Source: an uncultured Eubacteriales bacterium
Lineage (GTDB): Bacteria > Bacillota > Clostridia > TANB77 > CAG-508
Assembly (NCBI GenBank): GCA_902492015.1
Contig: CABUJR010000015.1
Location: forward strand, 3,950-35,949
Direction: 5' to 3'
DNA length: 32,000 nt
A program made the position numbers and the translations under genes. The notes under the pieces are model-generated. The model had not been told where the DNA came from and searched no databases. It was given only the letters and a program-made list of their open reading frames with translations. Below are positions 7,886 through 15,760 of the stretch, piece after piece (the stretch's first letter is position 1; the number at the start of each line of letters is the position of its first letter).

Positions 7886-10039
7886 TTAAATTTTCATACT
7901 TAAACTTACTTTTTGTTTTTCTCTATCTATACCAATAACTTTTACTTTAACAATATCGCCTACAGAAACAACTTCAGAAGGATTTTTTATAAATTTATCT
8001 GACATTTCTGAAATATGAACTAATCCATCATGTTTTACACCAACATCTACAAATGCTCCAAAATCTATTACATTTCTAACTGTTCCAGTAAGTTCCATTC
8101 CCTCTTGTAAATCTTCAAATTTTAAAACATCACTTCTTAAAATTGGTTTTGGCATTTCTTCTCTTGGGTCTCTACCTGGTTTTGAAAGCTCTTCAATTAT
8201 ATCTTTTAAAGTAAGTTCTCCTACTTCTAATTCTTTAGACATTTTTTGAATATCAACTTTTGATAAATCATTTTTTAAACTCTCTAATTTCTCTTTTTTA
8301 GTTAAAGAATCCACAGAATATCCCAAACTTGTTAATAACTTTTCAGCTACTTCGTAACTTTCTGGGTGAACTGCTGTTACTTCTAAAGGATTTTTACCAT
8401 TAAATATACGTATAAATCCTGCACATTGTTTAAATGCTGATGGTCCAAGTTTTGGTACTTTTAATAAATCTTTTCTAGTTTTTAATTCACCATTTTCATC
8501 TCTATATTTAACTATATTTTTAGCTATTGTTCCATTAATTCCTGAAACATAAGATAATAATGATGGTGTAGCAGTATTTACATCAACACCTACAGAATTT
8601 ACAGCATCTTCTACTACCCCTGTTAGACTTTCAGATAATTTCTTTTGATTTACATCATGTTGATATTGTCCAACACCTATTGCTTTGGGATCTATTTTTA
8701 CAAGTTCTGAAAGAGGATCCTGAAGTCTTCTTGCTATTGAAATTGCGCCTCTTAAAGAAACATTTATATCTGGATATTCTTCTGTTGCAAGTTTTGATGC
8801 AGAATATACAGATGCACCTGCTTCGCTTACTATTGCATAATAAATTTCATCTGAAATTTCTTTTATCATATCTGATACAAACTTTTCAGATTCACGAGAA
8901 GCAGTTCCATTACCAATAGCAATCATATTTACATCATATTTTAAAATTAATGCTTTTAATGCATTTTTAGCACCTTCTACGTCATTTTGTGGTTCTGTTG
9001 GATAAACAGTAGTAGTTTCCAAAAGCTTTCCTGTTTTATCAATAACAGCAATTTTACAACCTGTTCTATATGCTGGATCAAATCCCATAACTGTCATATC
9101 TTTAATTGGTGGTTGCAATAATAATTGTTTTGCGTTTTTTCCAAATACTTTTATGGCTTTTTCCTCTGAGCGTTCTGTTAAATCATTTCTAATTTCTCTT
9201 TCTATTGATGGTTCTATTAATCTTTTATACGCATCTTCTATTACTGTTGTAAGTGGTTCATTAAATTGACTTTTATAATCTTTTATAATTTGTTTTTTTA
9301 AATATTCTAAAATCTTTTCATCTGGTTTTTCAATTTTTACTTTTAAAAATTCTTCTTTTTCTCCTCTATTAATTGCTAAAATTCTATGACTTGGAATTCT
9401 TAATATTCCTTCCTTAAAATCATAATACATTTCATATGGAGATTTTTCATCTTCCTTGCTAGCTTTACTCGTAATAACAGCTTCTCTGAAACAAAATGAT
9501 TTTATTTTCTTTCTGTAATCAGCATCATCTGCGATATTTTCTGCAATTATATCTAATGCACCTTGTATAGCATCATCTTCTGTTTCTACACCTTTTTCTT
9601 TATCTATATATTCTTTTGCTATTTCATATAAATCTCTTTTTTCAGTTTGAAGATATATAATATTAGCTAAAGGTTCTAGCCCTTTTTCTTTTGCTATTGT
9701 TGCTCTAGTTCTTTTTTTAGGTCTATATGGTCTATAAATATCTTCAAGTTCAGAAAGTACCATTGTACTTGCAATTTTTATAGTAAGCTCATCTGTAAGT
9801 TTCCCTTGTTCATCTATAAGTCTTATAATTTCTTCTTTTCTTGATTCTAAATTTCTTAAATATGTAAGTCTTTCACCTAGCTCTCTTAATATCTCATCAC
9901 TTAAGTTTCCAGTTACTTCTTTTCTATAACGAGCAATGAATGGAATAGTATTTCCTTCATCTATAAGTTTAACTGTTGCTTCAACTTGACTTTCTCTAAT
10001 GTTTAGCTCTTCTGCAATTTTTTTATAAATGTTATTCAT
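7886..10039 (-). CDS. tex: Tex-like transcription accessory protein (YqgF/HhH/S1 domains)
   Basis: The protein is 717 aa. The N-terminus carries NTIPFIARYRKE. There is a central RuvC/YqgF-like region and an HhH region (FKQCAGFIRI). The C-terminal S1 domain carries GTVRNVIDFGAFVDVGVKHDGLVHISE. Confidence 0.95.
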   Translation of the reverse strand: MNNIYKKIAEELNIRESQVEATVKLIDEGNTIPFIARYRKEVTGNLSDEILRELGERLTYLRNLESRKEEIIRLIDEQGKLTDELTIKIASTMVLSELEDIYRPYRPKKRTRATIAKEKGLEPLANIIYLQTEKRDLYEIAKEYIDKEKGVETEDDAIQGALDIIAENIADDADYRKKIKSFCFREAVITSKASKEDEKSPYEMYYDFKEGILRIPSHRILAINRGEKEEFLKVKIEKPDEKILEYLKKQIIKDYKSQFNEPLTTVIEDAYKRLIEPSIEREIRNDLTERSEEKAIKVFGKNAKQLLLQPPIKDMTVMGFDPAYRTGCKIAVIDKTGKLLETTTVYPTEPQNDVEGAKNALKALILKYDVNMIAIGNGTASRESEKFVSDMIKEISDEIYYAIVSEAGASVYSASKLATEEYPDINVSLRGAISIARRLQDPLSELVKIDPKAIGVGQYQHDVNQKKLSESLTGVVEDAVNSVGVDVNTATPSLLSYVSGINGTIAKNIVKYRDENGELKTRKDLLKVPKLGPSAFKQCAGFIRIFNGKNPLEVTAVHPESYEVAEKLLTSLGYSVDSLTKKEKLESLKNDLSKVDIQKMSKELEVGELTLKDIIEELSKPGRDPREEMPKPILRSDVLKFEDLQEGMELTGTVRNVIDFGAFVDVGVKHDGLVHISEMSDKFIKNPSEVVSVGDIVKVKVIGIDREKQKVSLSMKI

Positions 10040-10155
10040 TAATTTGCCTCTTCTTTCTCTAAGTATTTATTAAAATTATATACTTTTACTTATAACTAAA
10101 ATTTTTAACATAAAAATTCTGATATAATTTAATTATATTATTTTAATCCTGTTTG

Positions 10156-10184
10156 ATTTTATATTTTAATTTTTTTATTGTCAA
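10156..10184 (-). promoter_or_regulatory. Candidate tex promoter
   Basis: On the minus strand it reads TTGACA (10184-10179), a 17-nt spacer, then TAAAAT (10161-10156). Confidence 0.35.
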
Positions 10185-10237
10185 TCCTTAATCTATTTCA
10201 ATATTATTAGATTTATCTACATTATTAGTAATTAATA

Positions 10238-10798
10238 TTATTTAATATCAATAGCTAAAAGCTTCGTATTTTTTGCTATATTTTTATAAAAACTTTTCAT
10301 CTGTTCAATAGCATGTTCTCCTTTAATCTCTTCTATATTTATTCTATACACCAATAAATCATATTTCACACAAAAAAGGTTATAATTTATATTAGGTAAC
10401 TTTTCAAATCCATTTCTATAATAAAAATTATTACGTCTCTCAATTATTTTTAAATTCTCTTTGTCTGTATTTTCATCAGCAGATTCTACTTCAATTATTA
10501 TATATTGATTATCTTTAAAATAATCAATAATTTCTTTCATCATTTTGCTTCCATAACCAGAATTTCTACTACTTTTACTTATTGCTAAATATGCTATAAA
10601 AACAATTTTATTTTCTTCTTTAGTTATGAAATACCCATATCTTTTATTATCAACTAAAAAGCTATATACCTTCATTTTTTTATTTTTTATTGAAGTTTTG
10701 TACCTTGAATATGGGATTCTCTCATTTGCTGGAAAATCACCCATAATTCCAGTCAAATATATCTTTTTTGCTTCTTTTAAACTTTCTTTTTTAATCAT
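10238..10798 (-). CDS. GNAT-family N-acetyltransferase
   Basis: The protein is 186 aa with RBS aagaggt. It has an acetyl-CoA-binding motif A-like segment (ISKSSRNSGYGSKMMKEIIDY) and a C-terminal FYYRNGFE. Confidence 0.7.
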   Translation of the reverse strand: MIKKESLKEAKKIYLTGIMGDFPANERIPYSRYKTSIKNKKMKVYSFLVDNKRYGYFITKEENKIVFIAYLAISKSSRNSGYGSKMMKEIIDYFKDNQYIIIEVESADENTDKENLKIIERRNNFYYRNGFEKLPNINYNLFCVKYDLLVYRINIEEIKGEHAIEQMKSFYKNIAKNTKLLAIDIK

Positions 10799-10827
10799 AA
10801 ATTACCTCTTTTATCTAAATTTTATTC

Positions 10828-10864
10828 TAAAAAAGGAAAAGAGTAATTTCCCTTTTCCTTTTTA
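10828..10864 (-). terminator. Terminator after the ABC-F gene
   Basis: The stem ggaaaag (10835-10841) / cttttcc (10852-10858) has A- and T-runs on both sides. Confidence 0.55.
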
Positions 10865-10866
10865 TA

Positions 10867-12453
10867 TTATTTACTTTGTTCTTCTAAATATTCATCATAA
10901 GTACATTCTCTTACTATAACATTGTTATTACTAATATCTATTATCTTATTTGCAACTGTCTGTGTTAATTGATGATCATGTGATGTAAATAATAATATTC
11001 CCTTATATTTTTGCATTCCATCATTTAATGCTGTAATTGACTCCATATCTAGATGGTTTGTTGGTTCATCAAATATTAAAAAGTTTGCACCAGAAAGCAT
11101 TAATTTTGAAAGCACACATCTTACTTTCTCTCCTCCTGATAGTACTGTAACTTTTTTTAATGCTTCTTCTCCAGAGAAAAGCATTCTTCCTAAGAAACTT
11201 CTTACATAAGTTTCATCTGGGTCTTTTGAATATTGACGAAGCCAATCAGTTATACTCATATCTTGTTCAAATAAATAATTATTATCTTTTGGAAAATAAT
11301 CTTTAGTTATTGTTGTTCCCCAGATTAATTCACCTTCATCTGGTTCTATTTCTCCAGCAATTATTTGGAATAAAACAGTTTTTGCTATTTCATTATCTGA
11401 TAAAAGAGCTATTTTATCCTCTCTTTTTACTGTAAAACTAATATTATCTAAGACTTTTTCTCCATTTATAGTTTTTGATATATTTTTAACTTCTAAAATT
11501 TCTTTTCCTTGTTCTCTATCTGGTTTAAAATCTATATAAGGGTATTTTCTATTAGATGGTTTTATTTCATCTAATTCAATTTTTTCTAAGGACTTCTTTC
11601 TAGAAGTAGCTTGTTTTGATTTTGAAGCATTTGCACTAAATCTAGCAATAAATTCTTGAAGTTCTTTAATTCTTTCTTCTTTTTTCTTATTTGCCTCTTT
11701 CATTTGTTTTAAGGCAAGCTGACTAGATTCATACCAGAAATCATAATTTCCAGGATAAACTTTAATTTTTCCAAAATCCACATCTGCTATATGTGTACAA
11801 ACTTTATTTAAAAAGTATCTATCATGAGATACAACAATTACAGTATTCTCAAAATCAATTAGGAAATCTTGTAACCAATTAATTGTTTTTATATCCAAGT
11901 CATTAGTAGGCTCGTCTAATAAAAGAACATCTGGATTACCAAACAATGCTTGTGCTAAAAGTACTTTAACTTTATCTTTAGCTTCTATTTCACTCATATA
12001 TTTATAATGTAAATCTGTATCTATTCCTAAATCATTTAAAAGTTTAGCTGCATCAGATTCTGCATTCCAGCCATCAAGCTCTGCAAATCTTTCCTCAAGT
12101 TTTGCTGCTTTCATACCGTCTTCTTCTGAAAAGTCTGGTTTAGAATATATAGCATCTTTTTCTTTCATTATTTTATAAAGTTCACTATTTCCCATCATAA
12201 CAGTATCTATAACTGTATATCCTTCAAAAGCATAGTGGTCTTGTTTTAAAACAGATAATCTTTCACCTTTGTCTAAAATAACTTCTCCTTTATTTGGTTC
12301 TATCTCTCCTGATAAAATTTTTAGAAAAGTTGATTTTCCAGCACCATTTGCTCCTATTAAACCATAACAATTTCCTTTTGTAAATTTAATAGTTACATCT
12401 TCAAAAAGTACTCTTTTTCCAAATCTTAAAGTTACACCATTTGATAAAAGCAT
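10867..12453 (-). CDS. ABC-F family ATPase (two fused ABC domains, no TM domain), E. coli YbiT-like
   Basis: The protein is 528 aa with RBS aggagg. NBD1 has GANGAGKST and LLLDEPTNDLD. The linker is RFSANASKSKQATSRKK. NBD2 has LSGGEKVR, IFDEPTNHLD and SHD. The second Walker A is degenerate (SDNEIAKT). Confidence 0.9.
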   Translation of the reverse strand: MLLSNGVTLRFGKRVLFEDVTIKFTKGNCYGLIGANGAGKSTFLKILSGEIEPNKGEVILDKGERLSVLKQDHYAFEGYTVIDTVMMGNSELYKIMKEKDAIYSKPDFSEEDGMKAAKLEERFAELDGWNAESDAAKLLNDLGIDTDLHYKYMSEIEAKDKVKVLLAQALFGNPDVLLLDEPTNDLDIKTINWLQDFLIDFENTVIVVSHDRYFLNKVCTHIADVDFGKIKVYPGNYDFWYESSQLALKQMKEANKKKEERIKELQEFIARFSANASKSKQATSRKKSLEKIELDEIKPSNRKYPYIDFKPDREQGKEILEVKNISKTINGEKVLDNISFTVKREDKIALLSDNEIAKTVLFQIIAGEIEPDEGELIWGTTITKDYFPKDNNYLFEQDMSITDWLRQYSKDPDETYVRSFLGRMLFSGEEALKKVTVLSGGEKVRCVLSKLMLSGANFLIFDEPTNHLDMESITALNDGMQKYKGILLFTSHDHQLTQTVANKIIDISNNNVIVRECTYDEYLEEQSK

Positions 12454-12573
12454 TATAAAAACCTCCTAATTATTTTAACCATATTATTATACCTTATTTT
12501 TATTTATATTTCAAATGTTTTCTGAAATTTATATTATATTACATTGTTATTATTTTATTAATTATTATACTCT

Positions 12574-12602
12574 TTGACTTATGTAAACAGAAGTGGTATA
12601 AT
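12574..12602 (+). promoter_or_regulatory. Consensus sigma-A promoter with extended -10
   Basis: It reads TTGACT (12574-12579), a 17-nt spacer, then TGgTATAAT (12594-12602). It lies about 100 nt upstream of the 12706 ORF and outside the inverted repeats. Confidence 0.6.
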
Positions 12603-12640
12603 ATGTATATGTTTGAGTAATCAAACTAATATTGAAAATT

Positions 12641-12684
12641 GAATAAGGATTTCTAGTTCAGATTGGGTTTTGATGTGCTCCGGA
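12641..12684. repeat. Left arm of a nested inverted repeat bracketing the 12706..13008 gene
   Basis: The outer 9-mer gaataagga (12641-12649) and inner 17-mer ttttgatgtgctccgga (12668-12684) are the exact reverse complements of 13115-13123 and 13079-13095. Confidence 0.85.
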
Positions 12685-12705
12685 TTATTGAAGGAGTGAT
12701 GTACA

Positions 12706-13008
12706 ATGGAAAAAAATTTAGAAGAAATACAAATTATAAACCATTTAATTCAAAAACACATTGAAACCATAAAAAGTGAAGACGTAAAAAGACAAGATAA
12801 AGAACTTAATTATTTACTTATTAAAGAAGCTGTAGAAGCTTTAGTCAGAGAATACAAAAAATCCACTAACCCCCGTACTAAAAAATACTTAAAAAAATCA
12901 ATAATTGAAGTTAATGAAACCTTGTTTGCTTACTTGATTAATTACAATAGATATGACAACAAGATCTTAGAGCTTTATGCGATGCTCGACGAGTTTATAT
13001 ATAACTAA
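12706..13008 (+). CDS. Hypothetical 100-aa helical, Lys/Glu-rich protein
   Basis: It has a strong RBS (gaaggagtg) 7 nt before the ATG. I found no TM segment and no recognisable motif. Confidence 0.6.
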   Translation: MEKNLEEIQIINHLIQKHIETIKSEDVKRQDKELNYLLIKEAVEALVREYKKSTNPRTKKYLKKSIIEVNETLFAYLINYNRYDNKILELYAMLDEFIYN

Positions 13009-13015
13009 TGAAATG

Positions 13016-13069
13016 AAAAAAGTCTTCCTTAAAATCTGAACCTACCCGGGATCAGTAGAAGACTTTTTT
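13016..13069. terminator. Bidirectional terminator inside the inverted-repeat-bounded segment
   Basis: The stem aaaaagtcttc (13017-13027) / gaagacttttt (13058-13068) has a 30-nt loop containing cccggg. An A6 run lies on the left and a T6 run on the right. Confidence 0.55.
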
Positions 13070-13078
13070 ACAAAAAAT

Positions 13079-13123
13079 TCCGGAGCACATCAAAATTCAA
13101 AATGAATTTTGATGTCCTTATTC
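13079..13123. repeat. Right arm of the nested inverted repeat, with its own internal 10-bp hairpin
   Basis: It contains tccggagcacatcaaaa (13079-13095) and tccttattc (13115-13123). Internally, catcaaaatt (13088-13097) pairs with aattttgatg (13105-13114). The 8-mer ttttgatg therefore occurs at 12668 and 13107 (direct) and at 13088 (inverted). Confidence 0.85.
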
Positions 13124-13177
13124 ATATTATAATAAATTGTTTTTTAAAAGTCAATTATTTAACTTATCTTATAATAA

Positions 13178-13216
13178 AGACCATATATAGATATCTATAT
13201 ATGGTTTATTTTTTTA
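13178..13216 (+). terminator. Perfect 24-bp palindrome plus T-run, a terminator-like element with no obvious upstream gene of its own
   Basis: The palindrome is ccatatatagat|atctatatatgg (13181-13204), followed by tttatttttttat. Confidence 0.5.
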
Positions 13217-13283
13217 TAAATTATTCTTTTATGTCATTTTTATATCATTTCCATTAATATACTTGATGTTTTTCAAAATTAAA

Positions 13284-13307
13284 TATACAATATAGATATA
13301 TTGTATA
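13284..13307. promoter_or_regulatory. Operator-like palindrome or 5' UTR hairpin just upstream of the RBS of the 13326 gene
   Basis: The arms are tatacaatata (13284-13294) and tatattgtata (13297-13307), separated by ga. It overlaps a possible promoter TTGATG (13263-13268), 17 nt, TACAAT (13286-13291). Confidence 0.35.
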
Positions 13308-13325
13308 AAGGGGAGGAATATATTT

Positions 13326-13958
13326 ATGGGAAAATTAGATAATGAACATGATTCTCAGGATAATGCTACCTTTATGCAAGATGACTTAGATACTTCTTTT
13401 GAAGTTAAAGAATCATTATTTGATAAAATAAAATCAGCTTTAACAAGACCACGACTTGGTCCTGGAAATAATGTAAAAACAACAAATATGAGCTTTAATT
13501 CTTGGAGTATTAGATCTACTTTTCGTAAAGCTCTTGAAGCTGTTTCAAATGGAATGTCTAATATGATGAGAAAAAAAGAACCAGAAATAAAAAATGGATT
13601 TTCTACTGTAATAATAGGAAAAGAGGAAAAAACTAAACCTAAGGATTTAGGTGTTGATGAAAAAGAAAATGATCAAACACCAAGAATTTTTGCTGGAAAT
13701 ATTTTTGATTCAAAAACAACAGCTAAAGTTCCTGCCACTCCAGATTTATTAGTTGGGAATACACATATGCAAAAATCAGAAGCTTTAAAAACAGAAAATC
13801 TAGAGGTAGATGAGGAAACTTTACTAAAAGATGATGATAGACAAAAAACACCTCAAACTCAAGATAAAGAAAATGCTAAGTCTTCTCTTAAAGCTGAAGT
13901 TATCAATACTGGAAATAAAGAACAAGAAAAACAAACAGAAGAAGATAGAAGTATTTAA
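13326..13958 (+). CDS. Hypothetical 210-aa hydrophilic protein, probably disordered
   Basis: It has a strong RBS (aaaggggagg). The sequence is rich in K/E/D/T/N with no hydrophobic segment and no recognisable motif. Confidence 0.55.
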   Translation: MGKLDNEHDSQDNATFMQDDLDTSFEVKESLFDKIKSALTRPRLGPGNNVKTTNMSFNSWSIRSTFRKALEAVSNGMSNMMRKKEPEIKNGFSTVIIGKEEKTKPKDLGVDEKENDQTPRIFAGNIFDSKTTAKVPATPDLLVGNTHMQKSEALKTENLEVDEETLLKDDDRQKTPQTQDKENAKSSLKAEVINTGNKEQEKQTEEDRSI

Positions 13959-13985
13959 AAACCTAATTATAATAAAATTTTATAT

Positions 13986-14022
13986 AAAAAATCCTAGTCG
14001 TCAGTTACTAGGATTTTTGTTT
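13986..14022 (+). terminator. Intrinsic terminator after the 13326 gene
   Basis: The stem atcctagt (13991-13998) / actaggat (14007-14014) has an 8-nt loop, followed by tttttgtttt. Confidence 0.7.
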
Positions 14023-14193
14023 TATATGAATAAGTTTAATTGATATTTTATTTCTAAAAAATATTTTCCTCTAATATTTAAATAATAAAAAATAATTTGT
14101 TATTAATATTTATTATATCCTATTTTTCAGTAAAAAACAATTCTTTTATTTTTTCTATATTTTCTATATAATTCATAGTGTGAGGTGATTATT

Positions 14194-15627
14194 TTGAATA
14201 AAAATTATGATTTAATAATTGTTGGTGCAGGACCAAGTGGAGTTTTTACTGCTTATGAACTAATTGAACTTGGAATTGCCAAAAATAAGAAAATCCTTAT
14301 TATTGAACAAGGAAAACCAGTTGAAAAAAGATATTGTCCTGTTGAAAAAACTGGAAAATGCACAAAATGTAAACCTTATTGTAACATTACAAGTGGGTTT
14401 TCTGGAGCTGGTGCTTTTTCTGACGGAAAACTTACTTTACCTAATAAAGATAGTAATACTATTGAAGTTGGAGGTATTTTAGATAAATATCTTGGAGTTG
14501 AAGAAACAAAAAAACTTATGTATTACACTGATGATATTTATCTTAAATTCGGTGCAGATACTAAGCTTGAAGGATTAGAATATCAAAATGAGATTAACGA
14601 GATTTCAGAAAAAGCAAAAGAAAATGGAATTATTTTAGCTAATTGTCCTATTAGACATTTAGGAACAGAAAAAAGTCATGAATTATATAAAAAAATCCAA
14701 GATTATCTTCTAGAAAATAATATAGAAATTATATTTAATTCTCATACAAAAGATTTGATAATCGAAAATAACACAATTTCTGGAGTAATTGTGGAAAGCT
14801 TAGAAACATCTGATTTAACTTCATACTTTTCTAAAAATGTTGTTTTAGGTATCGGACGAAAAGGTGCTGATTGGCTTGCTAAAATGTGTGAAAAACATTC
14901 TATTAAAAATCGTGCTGGAATTGTTGATATTGGAGTTAGATACGAACTTCCAGATTCAACTATGAAAGATATAAATAAATATCTTTATGAAGGTAAATTT
15001 GTTGGACATCTTCCTCCTTATAAAGATAAAGTTAGAACTTTCTGTCAGAATCCAAGTGGTTTTGTTGCAAATGAAGTTTATGATAATAATCTTACTTTGG
15101 TAAATGGACATTCCTATAAAGATAAAAAAAGTACTAATACTAATTTGGCAATTCTTGCTTCACATCACTTTAGTGATCCTTTTGAAGAGCCAATTAAATA
15201 TGGTATAAATATTGCTGAAAATGCTAATCAACTTGGAAAAGGAAATGTTCTAGTTCAGCGTCTTGGTGATATATTAAATGGAAAACGTACCTGGGAAAAA
15301 GATTTAAAAACAAATAGTGTTGTTCCAACATTAAAAACAGCTGTTGCCGGAGATATTACTTATGCTATTGGTTATAGAACTATGACAGATATTTTAGAAT
15401 TTATTAAAGCAATGGACAAAGTTATTCCTGGATTTGCTCATCCAGATAATCTTTTATATGCTGCAGAAATAAAATTCTATTCAAATGAATTAATTATAGA
15501 TAACAATTTTCAAACTAGTGTTAATGGTTTATTCTCTATTGGTGATGGTGGAGGATTAACTCGTGGTCTTATTATGGCTTCTAGCAGTGGAGTGCAAATG
15601 GCAAGAATATTAAGTAAAATAATATAA
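14194..15627 (+). CDS. FAD-dependent protein, COG2509-type uncharacterised dehydrogenase
   Basis: I prefer the TTG start at 14194, 5 nt after tgaggtga; the track starts at GTG 14185. It has the dinucleotide fold DLIIVGAGPSGVFTAYEL, a Cys cluster CPVEKTGKCTKCKPYC, and a C-terminal GDGGGLTRGLIMASSSG. Confidence 0.75.
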   Translation: MNKNYDLIIVGAGPSGVFTAYELIELGIAKNKKILIIEQGKPVEKRYCPVEKTGKCTKCKPYCNITSGFSGAGAFSDGKLTLPNKDSNTIEVGGILDKYLGVEETKKLMYYTDDIYLKFGADTKLEGLEYQNEINEISEKAKENGIILANCPIRHLGTEKSHELYKKIQDYLLENNIEIIFNSHTKDLIIENNTISGVIVESLETSDLTSYFSKNVVLGIGRKGADWLAKMCEKHSIKNRAGIVDIGVRYELPDSTMKDINKYLYEGKFVGHLPPYKDKVRTFCQNPSGFVANEVYDNNLTLVNGHSYKDKKSTNTNLAILASHHFSDPFEEPIKYGINIAENANQLGKGNVLVQRLGDILNGKRTWEKDLKTNSVVPTLKTAVAGDITYAIGYRTMTDILEFIKAMDKVIPGFAHPDNLLYAAEIKFYSNELIIDNNFQTSVNGLFSIGDGGGLTRGLIMASSSGVQMARILSKII

Positions 15628-15723
15628 TAAATTTAGTATATAAAACACTAAAAGTTATTATTTTATTTATTGTAAATTCTAAAATTTTTATAAGAATTTT
15701 AGAACTTTATATAGTTTCACGTA

Positions 15724-15760
15724 TAAAAAAGACATGGCAAATTTGCTATGTCTTTATTCT
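15724..15760. terminator. Bidirectional terminator between convergent genes
   Basis: The stem aagacatggca / tgctatgtctt (15729-15754) has one mismatch, an A6 run before and a T-rich stretch after. It abuts the stop codon of the 604-aa gene. A second AT-only 10-bp hairpin lies at 15677-15704. Confidence 0.6.

Noticed and set aside
13831-14482. Track ORFs 13831..14043 and 14264..14482
   Set aside because: They are out-of-frame overlaps of the 13326 and 14194 genes, Lys/Leu/Ile-rich, without RBSs. Also, 13831..14043 runs through the terminator at 13986-14022.
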